Of a stretch of DNA of 64,000 bases, positions 43,882 to 52,902 are shown one piece after another (position 1 is the first letter of the stretch; each line of letters opens with the position of its first letter). The position numbers and the translations under genes are program-made. The stretch comes from Candidatus Latescibacterota bacterium (GTDB taxonomy: Bacteria > Latescibacterota > UBA2968 > GCA-2709665), in NCBI GenBank assembly GCA_965226795.1, contig CBDDDZ010000003.1, positions 352,001 through 416,000 of the forward strand, read 5' to 3'. Under the pieces are notes generated by a model. It saw nothing but the letters and a program-made list of their open reading frames with translations, did no database searches and had not been told where the DNA came from.

Positions 43882-45017
43882 CTTTGGCTACCTGCCCTCG
43901 GTGCGCGCCCTGACGTAGCGATAATTCCCGCGCTTACCACACTCTTTTTCAATGTTGCTTTGCTTTGTCCGATTTCAATCACCAACGGCTTAGGTGAGTT
44001 ACGTGACGGATGTTCCATCGTGACGACGAATTGCCCAACGAGGGCACGCGTGACGTCCTTGTAATAATTCGCAGCCTGTCGATGGGGTGGCTGCGAGTCC
44101 TCGTCTTCGTTACTACCTCCTACGGGAATGGGCTTGCTTGTTGATACCGCGATCGCCCCACGGTGTCCCTTTTTTTCGCATAGCCGCGCCACCTGAGTCA
44201 CGGGTGTGGTTTTGCTTGTGCCCTTTTCGGATCCTATGGAAAGATAGCTGCAGTGGTGGGGAATCTTGAGGATATCCCATTCAAGGTATTCTTCGTTTCC
44301 CTTGAACTCGGTAACGTCAACAATCTGTGACAGCACTTCATGGGTGGAATCAGCCAACATCAGCACTTTGGTATGTACTCCTGCGACATCGAAGGTTGCA
44401 TGCAGCACAAGCGAGTCCTCGTTCCGATCCTCGACCGGTTTATCGTTCTGTCGGATAGCAAATGGCGAGTGAACAAAAAACTCGATATGATCTTTACACA
44501 GAGAAAACTCAGGTGCGATCTCTCCCGCATCCGTAATCAAGTGAAGCCGGTCGTGGAGCTTCATGTCATTTTTTTCGCACCACTTCTCCAACCGTTCCGG
44601 CCGGGAGAAAACACGGATCCCTTTCGCCTGGCGGAATCGATAACGAGCCTCTTTCTGCAAAATGCGCGCCTCATCATCGTCAGGGCTCGTCTCCGTGATG
44701 AACGCAGAGGGCACCCACATCATGTTCATCTTGATGCGTTTTCCAACTTGGTACTTCATCGCATGTTCAAGGTAAAAGAAGTCGGAGGCCCCCTTGAAGT
44801 GATCTTTATCCAGGTGACTGAACGCTACGACGTCGAAGTAGTCACGATTGTTCTTCTTTAGGCCGTCTTTGAGGAGTTCCGGAAGGTCGCACCTAAGGTC
44901 ATTGTCGTCATTTTCATCTTTGGTTGCAGCGTAATCGATAAGGATTGTACGGTCACACGACAGTTCAATGCGACAGCAGTCGGCGTTTCCCAAAGGGAAA
45001 AAGGTCATTGTATGCAT
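43878..45017 (-). CDS. MBL-fold metallohydrolase
   Basis: FFPLGNAD, SHLDKDH, KIPHHCS; C-terminus APRAGSQR; ATGA overlap with the E2-E1-JAB gene. Confidence 0.88.
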   Translation of the reverse strand: MHTMTFFPLGNADCCRIELSCDRTILIDYAATKDENDDNDLRCDLPELLKDGLKKNNRDYFDVVAFSHLDKDHFKGASDFFYLEHAMKYQVGKRIKMNMMWVPSAFITETSPDDDEARILQKEARYRFRQAKGIRVFSRPERLEKWCEKNDMKLHDRLHLITDAGEIAPEFSLCKDHIEFFVHSPFAIRQNDKPVEDRNEDSLVLHATFDVAGVHTKVLMLADSTHEVLSQIVDVTEFKGNEEYLEWDILKIPHHCSYLSIGSEKGTSKTTPVTQVARLCEKKGHRGAIAVSTSKPIPVGGSNEDEDSQPPHRQAANYYKDVTRALVGQFVVTMEHPSRNSPKPLVIEIGQSKATLKKSVVSAGIIATSGRAPRAGSQR

Positions 45018-45215
45018 TTTAGCCTCCAACAGGGGTAGTGTTTGTAATTGTCATTTCACGTGAGTTTGGCGAACCGGGAAATGCCGGCCTAAACCGAAAT
45101 CCCAGATTGTCCGCCCAAACCTCCAGCGATGAATCACGCTGATTATCGCGTATGTTTCGGCGATCACTATCCATCTTGATGTCCGGATGACTAACGTCAA
45201 CTATATCGAACCTGG

Positions 45216-46466
45216 TTAAATTCCGTTACTTCCTTCATCGTCGAGGCTCAGGTCGGAAACCGCGTCATCCACTTCGCCGGCATCCACATTCAACATGCCG
45301 ACTAAGTCGATAAGTTCGGCACGGGAGATTCTTTTCCGCCTTAATGCTTCCAGGGCTAACCCGACAAACCGGTCGCGGAATTCGTTACGCAGAGCCTGGT
45401 GGTCCGGTTCCGGAAAGCCCAAGAGCTGCTCCAATTTACGCCCCTTATCCATTCTCTCTTGTTCTAACAGGCTCTCGAGTTCGCTAGCTGTGAGGAGTCG
45501 GGTGCTTCTCAGGCGATAGCAGGCGGCGATTCGGCTGACGCCGAAGTGGTGCGCCATACGCACTACATCGTAGAGCTGTATTTTCTGGCTTCCTGCGGTA
45601 GATCGAGCCCGCCCACGAATTGGCGATCCCTCATCGAACACTTCGGCTTCCATACGGCTGGGTCGCCCCTTTCCGGAAGCGTGGATAAACTGGCGCACTG
45701 CCTCAGCAGGCATCAGAAAGCTGGCGGCAAAGGAGTTGGCACGGACCTCACGTAACTGATCTCGGTCGTGCTCTCGACTGACGAAACCGCCGTGGTCTCG
45801 GTCCATAAGCACGTGACAATATTCGTGTGCGTACGAGAATCGCCTGCGCGAAAAATGGTGCTCCCGATTTGCTACAATGAGGACTCCGATCTCCTGCTTG
45901 ATGAGTGTAAAACCTGATACGTCGTCCGGCAACGTGACCAAGGCAGTACGAACGTCCTGCGATTCGAGAAGCTGGGCGATTTCGGAGATTGACGTAAGGC
46001 CGAGCCCAAGGCGGCCGCGTTCTTCCATTGCGACGCGTTCACCTTGTTGAATAGCCTCCCACGTGGTGCGTGGTTGTGGAAGCGGGTACGCCGCGACTGT
46101 AACTAGATCGCGGTCAATATCCAGCAATTGCTCAAGTCTGGTCATTTCCCGGCCCAAAGCTAAACACCGGAGGAGGGCCTCTCGCAAATCCTCCTTGCTC
46201 GACAGATCCGGGTGAAGTCGGTACAACGCGACGAGTGCATTCTCCTCTTCAGGTTCCTCCTCCGCCACAAAGCTCTGCAGATCCTTACCGAAGAGGATGG
46301 CAAGGCGAAACAGTTCAATACCGTTGACCGTACGGTTGCCCAGTTCGATCTGTGCCACAGTAGAGCGCGAGACTCCGAGGTGATTTGCAACCTCGTCTTG
46401 GGTCAGGCTGCTGGATTCTCTGGCGCGCCTAAGCCTCTGGCCCAACTCTTTATGGTCAATTGCCAT
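45216..46466 (-). CDS. XRE-HTH plus ImmA/IrrE (M78) metallopeptidase fusion
   Basis: LTQDEVA..LGVSRSTVAQIELGNR HTH; RRFSYAHEYCH; EVRANSFAASFLMP. Confidence 0.92.
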   Translation of the reverse strand: MAIDHKELGQRLRRARESSSLTQDEVANHLGVSRSTVAQIELGNRTVNGIELFRLAILFGKDLQSFVAEEEPEEENALVALYRLHPDLSSKEDLREALLRCLALGREMTRLEQLLDIDRDLVTVAAYPLPQPRTTWEAIQQGERVAMEERGRLGLGLTSISEIAQLLESQDVRTALVTLPDDVSGFTLIKQEIGVLIVANREHHFSRRRFSYAHEYCHVLMDRDHGGFVSREHDRDQLREVRANSFAASFLMPAEAVRQFIHASGKGRPSRMEAEVFDEGSPIRGRARSTAGSQKIQLYDVVRMAHHFGVSRIAACYRLRSTRLLTASELESLLEQERMDKGRKLEQLLGFPEPDHQALRNEFRDRFVGLALEALRRKRISRAELIDLVGMLNVDAGEVDDAVSDLSLDDEGSNGI

Positions 46467-46553
46467 TTCGCCCCTAAGATCATGCCGTAGATTTGCACCG
46501 TGTTCCGCTACACCAAATAGGCGATCGTCGTCGGAAGACTTAATCCGAATGGA

Positions 46554-46594
46554 AAGATAGCTATTCGAACACTATTTGTCAACTTTGGACAAAT
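46554..46594 (-). promoter_or_regulatory. Sigma-70 promoter with operator overlapping the -35
   Basis: Minus strand TTGACA(46582-46577)-17-TATCTT(46559-46554); inverted repeat ATTTGTC-N7-GACAAAT at 46574-46594. Confidence 0.65.
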
Positions 46595-47115
46595 GTGTTA
46601 GGATTTCATATATTCTCTTCGGGGTTTGACCGCGTCTCCGAAGGCTCGGGGTGAGTGTGTAGATAGGCTATATGCTTGATATCGACGTTTCCATCTGCAC
46701 CAAGAAATTTCACCACGGATTCGGCATCTACCCTGTTTCAGGGGAGTGGATGCCGGAAAATGATCCGGTTCTTTCCTTCCTAATTCATTCGCATTATATT
46801 ATTTTCGATTCAAAGCGTTACCGCTAATAGGAATCGTTCTTATTTTCCCAACCGAAGACAAGGCAAGTTGGTGACACCTGCCACCGATGTAACGCGCGCG
46901 CCTCATGGTCGCACCGTGCGATGTCCGGGGGGCTAGACCGCATCCGGAGAAATGGATAGACGCAGATGAAACAAGGCGAAATTGTCTTTGAAGTGCGCGA
47001 GGCGGTCGAAGTTGGCGATAACGTCAAGCGGGAAGTTGATGCCACAGATACAGCATTGTCCCGCTCAACGGTGGCGAATCCGCAGCCATACGGCGCGAAA
47101 GCGCCAACGACGCGC

Positions 47116-47144
47116 TTGATGAGACCAGTCTGACTGGTTATATT
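47116..47144 (+). promoter_or_regulatory. TA promoter with palindromic operator, likely leaderless mRNA
   Basis: TTGATG-17-TATATT with ACCAGTC-T-GACTGGT in the spacer; ATG 6 nt downstream. Confidence 0.65.
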
Positions 47145-47150
47145 CACGCA

Positions 47151-47431
47151 ATGACACTGATCTACTCAACTTCTGAAGCAAAGGCGCGGTTTTCGGAGGT
47201 CATCCGTGCAAGTGCGCGAAGGCAGGACCGTCACGGTTTCTTTATCGAGGAGAGCCCGTGGCTGAGATCCGCGGAATCCAGCGTCACCAGCAGACGACGA
47301 TCGAAGAGCGACTGGACGATCTCCAACGACGCGGGGTCCTGGTGCGATCGGGAGCGCCAAGGCAGGCGTTTCAGCCAGTGGCGCGTCGGCCGGGTGCCCT
47401 GGCGCGGTTCCTGGCTGAGCGTGGCGAATGA
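47151..47431 (+). pseudogene. Phd/YefM antitoxin with two frameshifts
   Basis: STSEAKARFSEVIR / QVREGRTVTVS / YRGEPVAEI...GALARFLAERGE*. Confidence 0.8.
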
Positions 47432-47583
47432 GCGCGGCGAACGTCGATACGTCGGTATTGGCCGCCATCGCCTTCGACGAACAGAACCCCGGCGAACTCC
47501 TGCTCTTCACGCTTGACGACCGATAGTGCGCTGTGGCCGCCGTGCTCGGCTTTGTCACTCCGGAGGGACTGTATTCGCTATGA
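47428..47583 (+). pseudogene. VapC/PIN toxin remnant (internal deletion plus TAG)
   Basis: MSAANVDTSVLAAIAFDE joined directly to FTLDDR*..AAVLGF; ATGA coupling to the antitoxin. Confidence 0.7.
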
Positions 47584-47755
47584 GCCTCGCGGTTTCAGAA
47601 ACCTCTTTCCAGTACACCATCTACCTGGAACTGGCTTATATTGTGGAAGCCGGTTCTTTTCTTTTTCGCCCATTTGCATTATATTATTAGCGACTTAAAG
47701 CAATGACGCTAATAAGATTGACTCCTATTTTCATATGTGCAAACAAGGCACGGTC

Positions 47756-48955
47756 ATGACACCAGGAAACAACGGGCGTAGCCCGCCCCCCGGTCGCACA
47801 ATCCGATGTCCGGAAGGCTATAGCGCATACGTACCGGCGCCACTTCCGCCCGATATTGCCTGGGACAAGGAACTCGCCCTCGCGCTTTCCCATGCCGACC
47901 GTGCAGTGGGCCGGCTCGCGGGCGAAGGCCGGCTGATGCCGATTCCGTATCTCTTTATCAGGGCATTCCTGTACAAGGAAGCGGTGCTTTCCAGCCGCAT
48001 CGAGGGCACGCAGGTTTCCCTGGGCGAATTGTTCGCCGCAAATGCCGGAGCGAGAGTCGAGCGAAGCGCAGAGGAATTGGAAGAGGTGGCAAACTACATC
48101 GTGGCGTTAGACTACGGCATCGATCGCTTGGCAACGCTTCCGCTTTCATTGCGCCTGGTTCGGGAACTGCACGAGCGGCTGATGCGCGGCGTGCGCGGCG
48201 ACACTGCGACGCCGGGCGAGTTTCGCCGCATCCAGAACTGGATCGGCCCGCCCGGATGTGGTGGGAGCAACGCGACTTACGTTCCACCGCCCCCGGATGA
48301 ACTGATGGATTGCCTCGGCGCGTGGGAGCGATTTCTCCACGACGAAACACTTCCTCCTCTCGTCCACGCCGCTCTCATCCATTCGCAGTTCGAGGCCATC
48401 CATCCGTTTCTCGACGGGAATGGACGTATCGGTCGGCTGCTCATTCCGCTGCTGTTCGCTGCCCGTGGCGTTTTACCAACACCGCTTCTGTATCTGAGCG
48501 CATACTTTGAATCGACGCGGCAGGAGTACTATGAACACCTTCTAAGGGTGACCCACGACGGAGAGTGGGAGGCGTGGCTGGTGTACTTTCTGCGCGGTGT
48601 TGCCGAGCAGGCCGAGGACGCCATTCGTCGGATCCGCCGCATCGACGAATTGTTCCATCGTTGGTCGGAGCAAATCGCAGGCGTCAGATCGGGGAATCTG
48701 GAGACGGTTTTGGAACTGTTCGTCGAATTCCCGTTCTGGAACGTGCGCATGCTCGCATCAAAGCTGGGGGTCGCCTACACGACGGCTCGGCGCGCCGTCG
48801 ATCGGTTGGAATCAGCAGGTATTGTCACGCAGGTTGGCGACGCAAAGCGAAACCGTGTATATTGTGCGGACGCAGTACTCGAAGTCCTCGACGCGCCGCA
48901 TATCGAAAATCAAGACGAACCGAAAGCCACAATGACTTCGCGAGTCGCATTATGA
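47756..48955 (+). CDS. Fic family protein (Fic_N, Fic, C-terminal HTH)
   Basis: EAVLSSRIEGT and HPFLDGNGRIGR. Confidence 0.93.
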   Translation: MTPGNNGRSPPPGRTIRCPEGYSAYVPAPLPPDIAWDKELALALSHADRAVGRLAGEGRLMPIPYLFIRAFLYKEAVLSSRIEGTQVSLGELFAANAGARVERSAEELEEVANYIVALDYGIDRLATLPLSLRLVRELHERLMRGVRGDTATPGEFRRIQNWIGPPGCGGSNATYVPPPPDELMDCLGAWERFLHDETLPPLVHAALIHSQFEAIHPFLDGNGRIGRLLIPLLFAARGVLPTPLLYLSAYFESTRQEYYEHLLRVTHDGEWEAWLVYFLRGVAEQAEDAIRRIRRIDELFHRWSEQIAGVRSGNLETVLELFVEFPFWNVRMLASKLGVAYTTARRAVDRLESAGIVTQVGDAKRNRVYCADAVLEVLDAPHIENQDEPKATMTSRVAL

Positions 48956-51900
48956 GTCCCGTTATTTCCGAAAAAGCCTTCGAAGACGCCATCGAGGCGG
49001 CTTTGCTTGGCCATGGCAAGGATGAGTCGGGGGGTCTTCCGACCGGGGTGCGTGAAGGCGGGTTGCCGATAGGCGGCCAGGCGATGGAACCCGGTGGCTA
49101 TTTCAAACGAAGGCACGAGGACTATGACCACGCACTCTGCCTTCTGCCCAAAGATGTTCTGGATTTCATTATTGCGACTCAGCCAAAGGAGTGGCGGAAG
49201 TTGTCCCAGCACTATGGCGCCCAGGTCAAAGGACGATTTCTCAAGCGCCTATCGTCGGAAATCGAACGCCGGGGCGTACTCCACGTGCTGCGGAACGGGA
49301 TCAAGGATATGGGCTGCACGTTCCGATTGGCCTATTTCCGGCCGGCCAGCGGGCTCAACGAGGAGACGCGCCGACTGTATATGGCCAACTTCTTCGCGGT
49401 TGTCCGCCAGGTACGCTACAGTATGAAAAACGAGAAAAGCCTCGATTTGGTTCTGTTCCTGAACGGTATCCCCATTTTCACCGCCGAACTCAAGAACCTG
49501 CTCAGCGGACAGACGGTCGAGGACGCGATCCGCCAGTATAAGACAGACCGGGACCCGCGCGAGCCGCTGTTCGGCTTTGGCCGATGTCTGGCGCATTTCG
49601 CGGTTGATCCGGATCTGGTCTACGTCACCACACGTCTCGCCGGTCCCAAAACGCGCTTCCTTCCCTTCAACCAGGGTAACAACCGCGGTGCGGGAAACCC
49701 GCCGGTGCCGCCTACGCAATCCGGCTATGCCACTTCGTATCTCTGGGAGGAGACATGGTCGCGGGACAGTGTGCTTGATTTGGTGCGCCAGTTTGTCCAC
49801 GAAGTCGAGGAGGAAGACGAGAACGGCCGCAAGACCGGCAGGAAATCGCTGGTCTTCCCGCGCTACCAGCAACTCGATTGCGTGCGAAAGCTCATATCGG
49901 ATGCCCGTAAGACCGGGGCGGGACAGCGCTATCTCATCCAGCACTCCGCCGGAAGCGGTAAGACGTTCACCATCGCCTGGCTCGCCCACCAGTTATCCAC
50001 GCTGCACGACATAGAAGACCGCCGCGTTTTCGATTCGATCGTAGTTATCACGGACCGGCGCGTGCTCGACCGCGCCCTCCAGGGCGCCATGCGCCAGTTC
50101 GAGCAGACCCTGGGCGTTGTGGAAAATATCGACACGACCTCGCGCCAACTCAAAGAGGCGCTCGAATCCGGCAAGACAATTATCGTGACCACGCTGCAGA
50201 AATTCCCGGTGATCGCCGCGGAAATCGGCGAATTGCCGGGCAAGCGATTCGCACTGATCGTCGACGAAGCGCACTCGTCCCAATCCGGCGAGAGCACCAA
50301 GAGCCTAAAGGCGGTGTTGGCGACGGGGTCTTTAGAAGAGGCGGAGGGCGAGGAAGCCGGGGCCGAGACGCCAGAAGAGGAACTCGAAAACGCGATCCTG
50401 GCGGAGGTGGAGAAGCGCGGGCGCCTGCCCAATCTCTCGACTTTCGCCTTTACCGCGACCCCCAAGCCCAAGACGCTGGAGCTTTTTGGCACCCGCCGCA
50501 CGGACGAATCGTTCGAACCGTTTCACCTCTACAGCATGCGGCAGGCCATCGAGGAGGGGTTCATCCTCGACGTCCTGGAGAACTATACGACCTACAAAGC
50601 CTATTGGCGGCTATTGAAGAAGGTGGAGGACGACCCGCGCTACGACAGGCGCAAGGCTACCGTCCTGCTCAAATCGTACGTTGAACTTCACCCGCACGCG
50701 ATTGACGAGAAGGTACGCATCATGGTCTGCCACTTTGTCGAGCAGGTGCACACCCAGATCGACGGGAAGGCAAAGGCAATGATCGTCACCCGCTCGCGAC
50801 TGCACGCCGTTCGCTTCAAGCTGGCGGTGGACAAATACCTCGCCGAACAGGGGCACGCGTTCAAAGCGCTGGTTGCGTTCTCGGGCACCGTCGAGGATGG
50901 CGGCAAGTCCTATACCGAGCCCGGCATGAACGGCGTTTCCGAGGTGCAGACCGCAAACACATTCAAAGGATCGGAATATCGATTCCTGATATGTGCGAAC
51001 AAATTCCAGACCGGTTTCGACCAGCCGCTGTTGCACGCGATGTACGTCGACAAAAAACTCGGCGGCGTGAACGCGGTGCAGACACTCTCACGGATTAACC
51101 GTACAGAACCAGGAAAAGACGGCACGATGGTACTCGATTTCGCCAACGATGCCGACGACATCAAGGAGGCCTTCGAACCTTATTACGAAACAACACTGCT
51201 GTCGGAGGCGACCGATCCCAACCTGCTCTACGAGATCCAGATGCGTCTGTCCGACTTCCCGGTATACGATCAGTCCGATGTGGATGAATTCGCAAGGATT
51301 TTTTTCGACAAGGCCGCCACACAGGACCAGCTTCATGCCGCGCTCAATCCCGTGGTCCACCGATTTCAGACGTTAGAAGAAAGTGAACAGCAGGAATTCC
51401 GGGGTCAACTTGTCGACTACGTGCGGCTTTACGCGTTTCTCGCACAGATCCTTCCGTTCGCCGACGTCGATCTGGAGAAGCTGTACGTCTTCTCGCGACA
51501 CTTACGCCGCCTGTTGCCAATGGACCGGGCTGAGTTGCCGCTCGAAGTTCAGCAGAATATCGACATGGAGTCGTATAGGATTCAGGAAACCCGCAAAGGC
51601 AAAATAAACCTGGAGCGAGGGACGACGAAGCTCGAGCCCGTCGGTACAAAGGACACATACTCGCTACAGCCGGAAGAAATGGAGACCCTTTCGCGGATCA
51701 TCGCCGAATTGAACGAGCGCTTCGGGGTCGAACTCGGGCAGGAGCACCGCGCCACCCTCGGCCAGATGATGGACAGACTTTCTGAAGACGCTGCACTCGG
51801 CGCCGCGGCGCGGGTGAATACGCGCGAAAATGTGCGATTGACTTTCGACCACAAGGTTGAAGAGACCATCCAGGGTATTGTGGATTCCAATTTCGATCTA

Positions 51901-52482
51901 TACAAACGGATCACCGACGACCTCGCTTTTGGAAACGTCATCAAAGATGTCCTCTTCGACCAGTTCCTGCGCACGAACCGTAGCGCGGAGGACCTCATCA
52001 AACAGGGCGAGTCGAAAACCCTGGAATTTAAATCGACGCTGCGCTGGAACCTGAAAGAGGACCGCAAGAACGATAAGCGCGTCACCCATGCGGCGCTCAA
52101 GACAATCGCCGCATTCCTGAACACGGAAGGCGGCGACCTTCTGCTAGGCGTCGCCGACGACGGCGCCGTCGTTGGAATAGAACGCGACCGGCTAGATACC
52201 GAAGACAAGTTCATGCTGCATCTCGCGCAGATCGTGCGCAACGGTCTCGGCGACCGCGCAGGCACGTGCATCGATCCCGGAGTTCAGATCGTCGACGGCA
52301 AGGCGGTATGCGTGGTGAGTTGCCAACGGAGCCCGGAACCGGTGTTCCTCTCGTGGAAGGGACTTGAGAAGGAAAACGGAGGTGACTTTTTCGTGCGCAG
52401 CGGTCCGGGAGCCGTTAAGCTCTCGTCAGACGACACCAGGGAATACATCCGTTCCCGGTTTGCCGGTTCAAATCCCAAGTGA
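48952..52482 (+). CDS. hsdR: Type I R-M restriction subunit with C-terminal Schlafen/AlbA_2-like domain
   Basis: D.VLF.NGIP..AELK nuclease, QHSAGSGKT, DEAH, FTATP; C-terminal GESKTLEFK...IAAFLNTEGG.LLLGV.DDG. Confidence 0.93.
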   Translation: MSPVISEKAFEDAIEAALLGHGKDESGGLPTGVREGGLPIGGQAMEPGGYFKRRHEDYDHALCLLPKDVLDFIIATQPKEWRKLSQHYGAQVKGRFLKRLSSEIERRGVLHVLRNGIKDMGCTFRLAYFRPASGLNEETRRLYMANFFAVVRQVRYSMKNEKSLDLVLFLNGIPIFTAELKNLLSGQTVEDAIRQYKTDRDPREPLFGFGRCLAHFAVDPDLVYVTTRLAGPKTRFLPFNQGNNRGAGNPPVPPTQSGYATSYLWEETWSRDSVLDLVRQFVHEVEEEDENGRKTGRKSLVFPRYQQLDCVRKLISDARKTGAGQRYLIQHSAGSGKTFTIAWLAHQLSTLHDIEDRRVFDSIVVITDRRVLDRALQGAMRQFEQTLGVVENIDTTSRQLKEALESGKTIIVTTLQKFPVIAAEIGELPGKRFALIVDEAHSSQSGESTKSLKAVLATGSLEEAEGEEAGAETPEEELENAILAEVEKRGRLPNLSTFAFTATPKPKTLELFGTRRTDESFEPFHLYSMRQAIEEGFILDVLENYTTYKAYWRLLKKVEDDPRYDRRKATVLLKSYVELHPHAIDEKVRIMVCHFVEQVHTQIDGKAKAMIVTRSRLHAVRFKLAVDKYLAEQGHAFKALVAFSGTVEDGGKSYTEPGMNGVSEVQTANTFKGSEYRFLICANKFQTGFDQPLLHAMYVDKKLGGVNAVQTLSRINRTEPGKDGTMVLDFANDADDIKEAFEPYYETTLLSEATDPNLLYEIQMRLSDFPVYDQSDVDEFARIFFDKAATQDQLHAALNPVVHRFQTLEESEQQEFRGQLVDYVRLYAFLAQILPFADVDLEKLYVFSRHLRRLLPMDRAELPLEVQQNIDMESYRIQETRKGKINLERGTTKLEPVGTKDTYSLQPEEMETLSRIIAELNERFGVELGQEHRATLGQMMDRLSEDAALGAAARVNTRENVRLTFDHKVEETIQGIVDSNFDLYKRITDDLAFGNVIKDVLFDQFLRTNRSAEDLIKQGESKTLEFKSTLRWNLKEDRKNDKRVTHAALKTIAAFLNTEGGDLLLGVADDGAVVGIERDRLDTEDKFMLHLAQIVRNGLGDRAGTCIDPGVQIVDGKAVCVVSCQRSPEPVFLSWKGLEKENGGDFFVRSGPGAVKLSSDDTREYIRSRFAGSNPK

Positions 52483-52757
52483 TCCTCGAAGCTTGCCAGG
52501 AATGGGTCCGGTAGGGGGCCATCGTCGCCAGACTCTGTCAGACAATGGTCACCCAATTCCGTAAATTGTCAAATTTCGACTCCGTTATTATCGAATTAAA
52601 CTGTAAACGCTAATAAGTGTCTTCCTTATTTTCGCAATCGCAAATAACGCGTGGTCGTGACGTCAGGTATCGATGGGAGAAACCGACCCTGCGGTCGACA
52701 GGCCAGCACCTGCACGGCATCGTGGTCCAGGCGCCCGCGCCTGTCTAAGCCCCACCC

Positions 52758-52786
52758 GTAGGGGCAGGTTTCAAACCTGCCCCTAC
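52758..52786. repeat. GTAG-type REP palindrome
   Basis: GTAGGGGCAGGTTT-C-AAACCTGCCCCTAC with perfect 14-bp arms. Confidence 0.8.
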
Positions 52787-52902
52787 CCTCAATACATCCG
52801 CGGATGCAGGTGAAATCGACGGGGCGTTGATGCGGGGTTGACATCTCCGATGAGGATGTGTATTATCTATACACACTTTTCCGCGAACCAGGAGGTGCCC
52901 AA

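Noticed and set aside
39911..46466. Canonical CBASS call
   Set aside because: No CD-NTase motifs (GS...DxD) recognised in any ORF of the operon
46966..47133. MKQGEIVFEVREAVE... possible HicB-like remnant
   Set aside because: Resemblance is limited to about 15 residues; too weak to call
48565..48951. N-terminal extension of the 1305-aa HsdR ORF
   Set aside because: Overlaps the Fic gene in another frame; ATG 48952 with ATGA coupling is the better start
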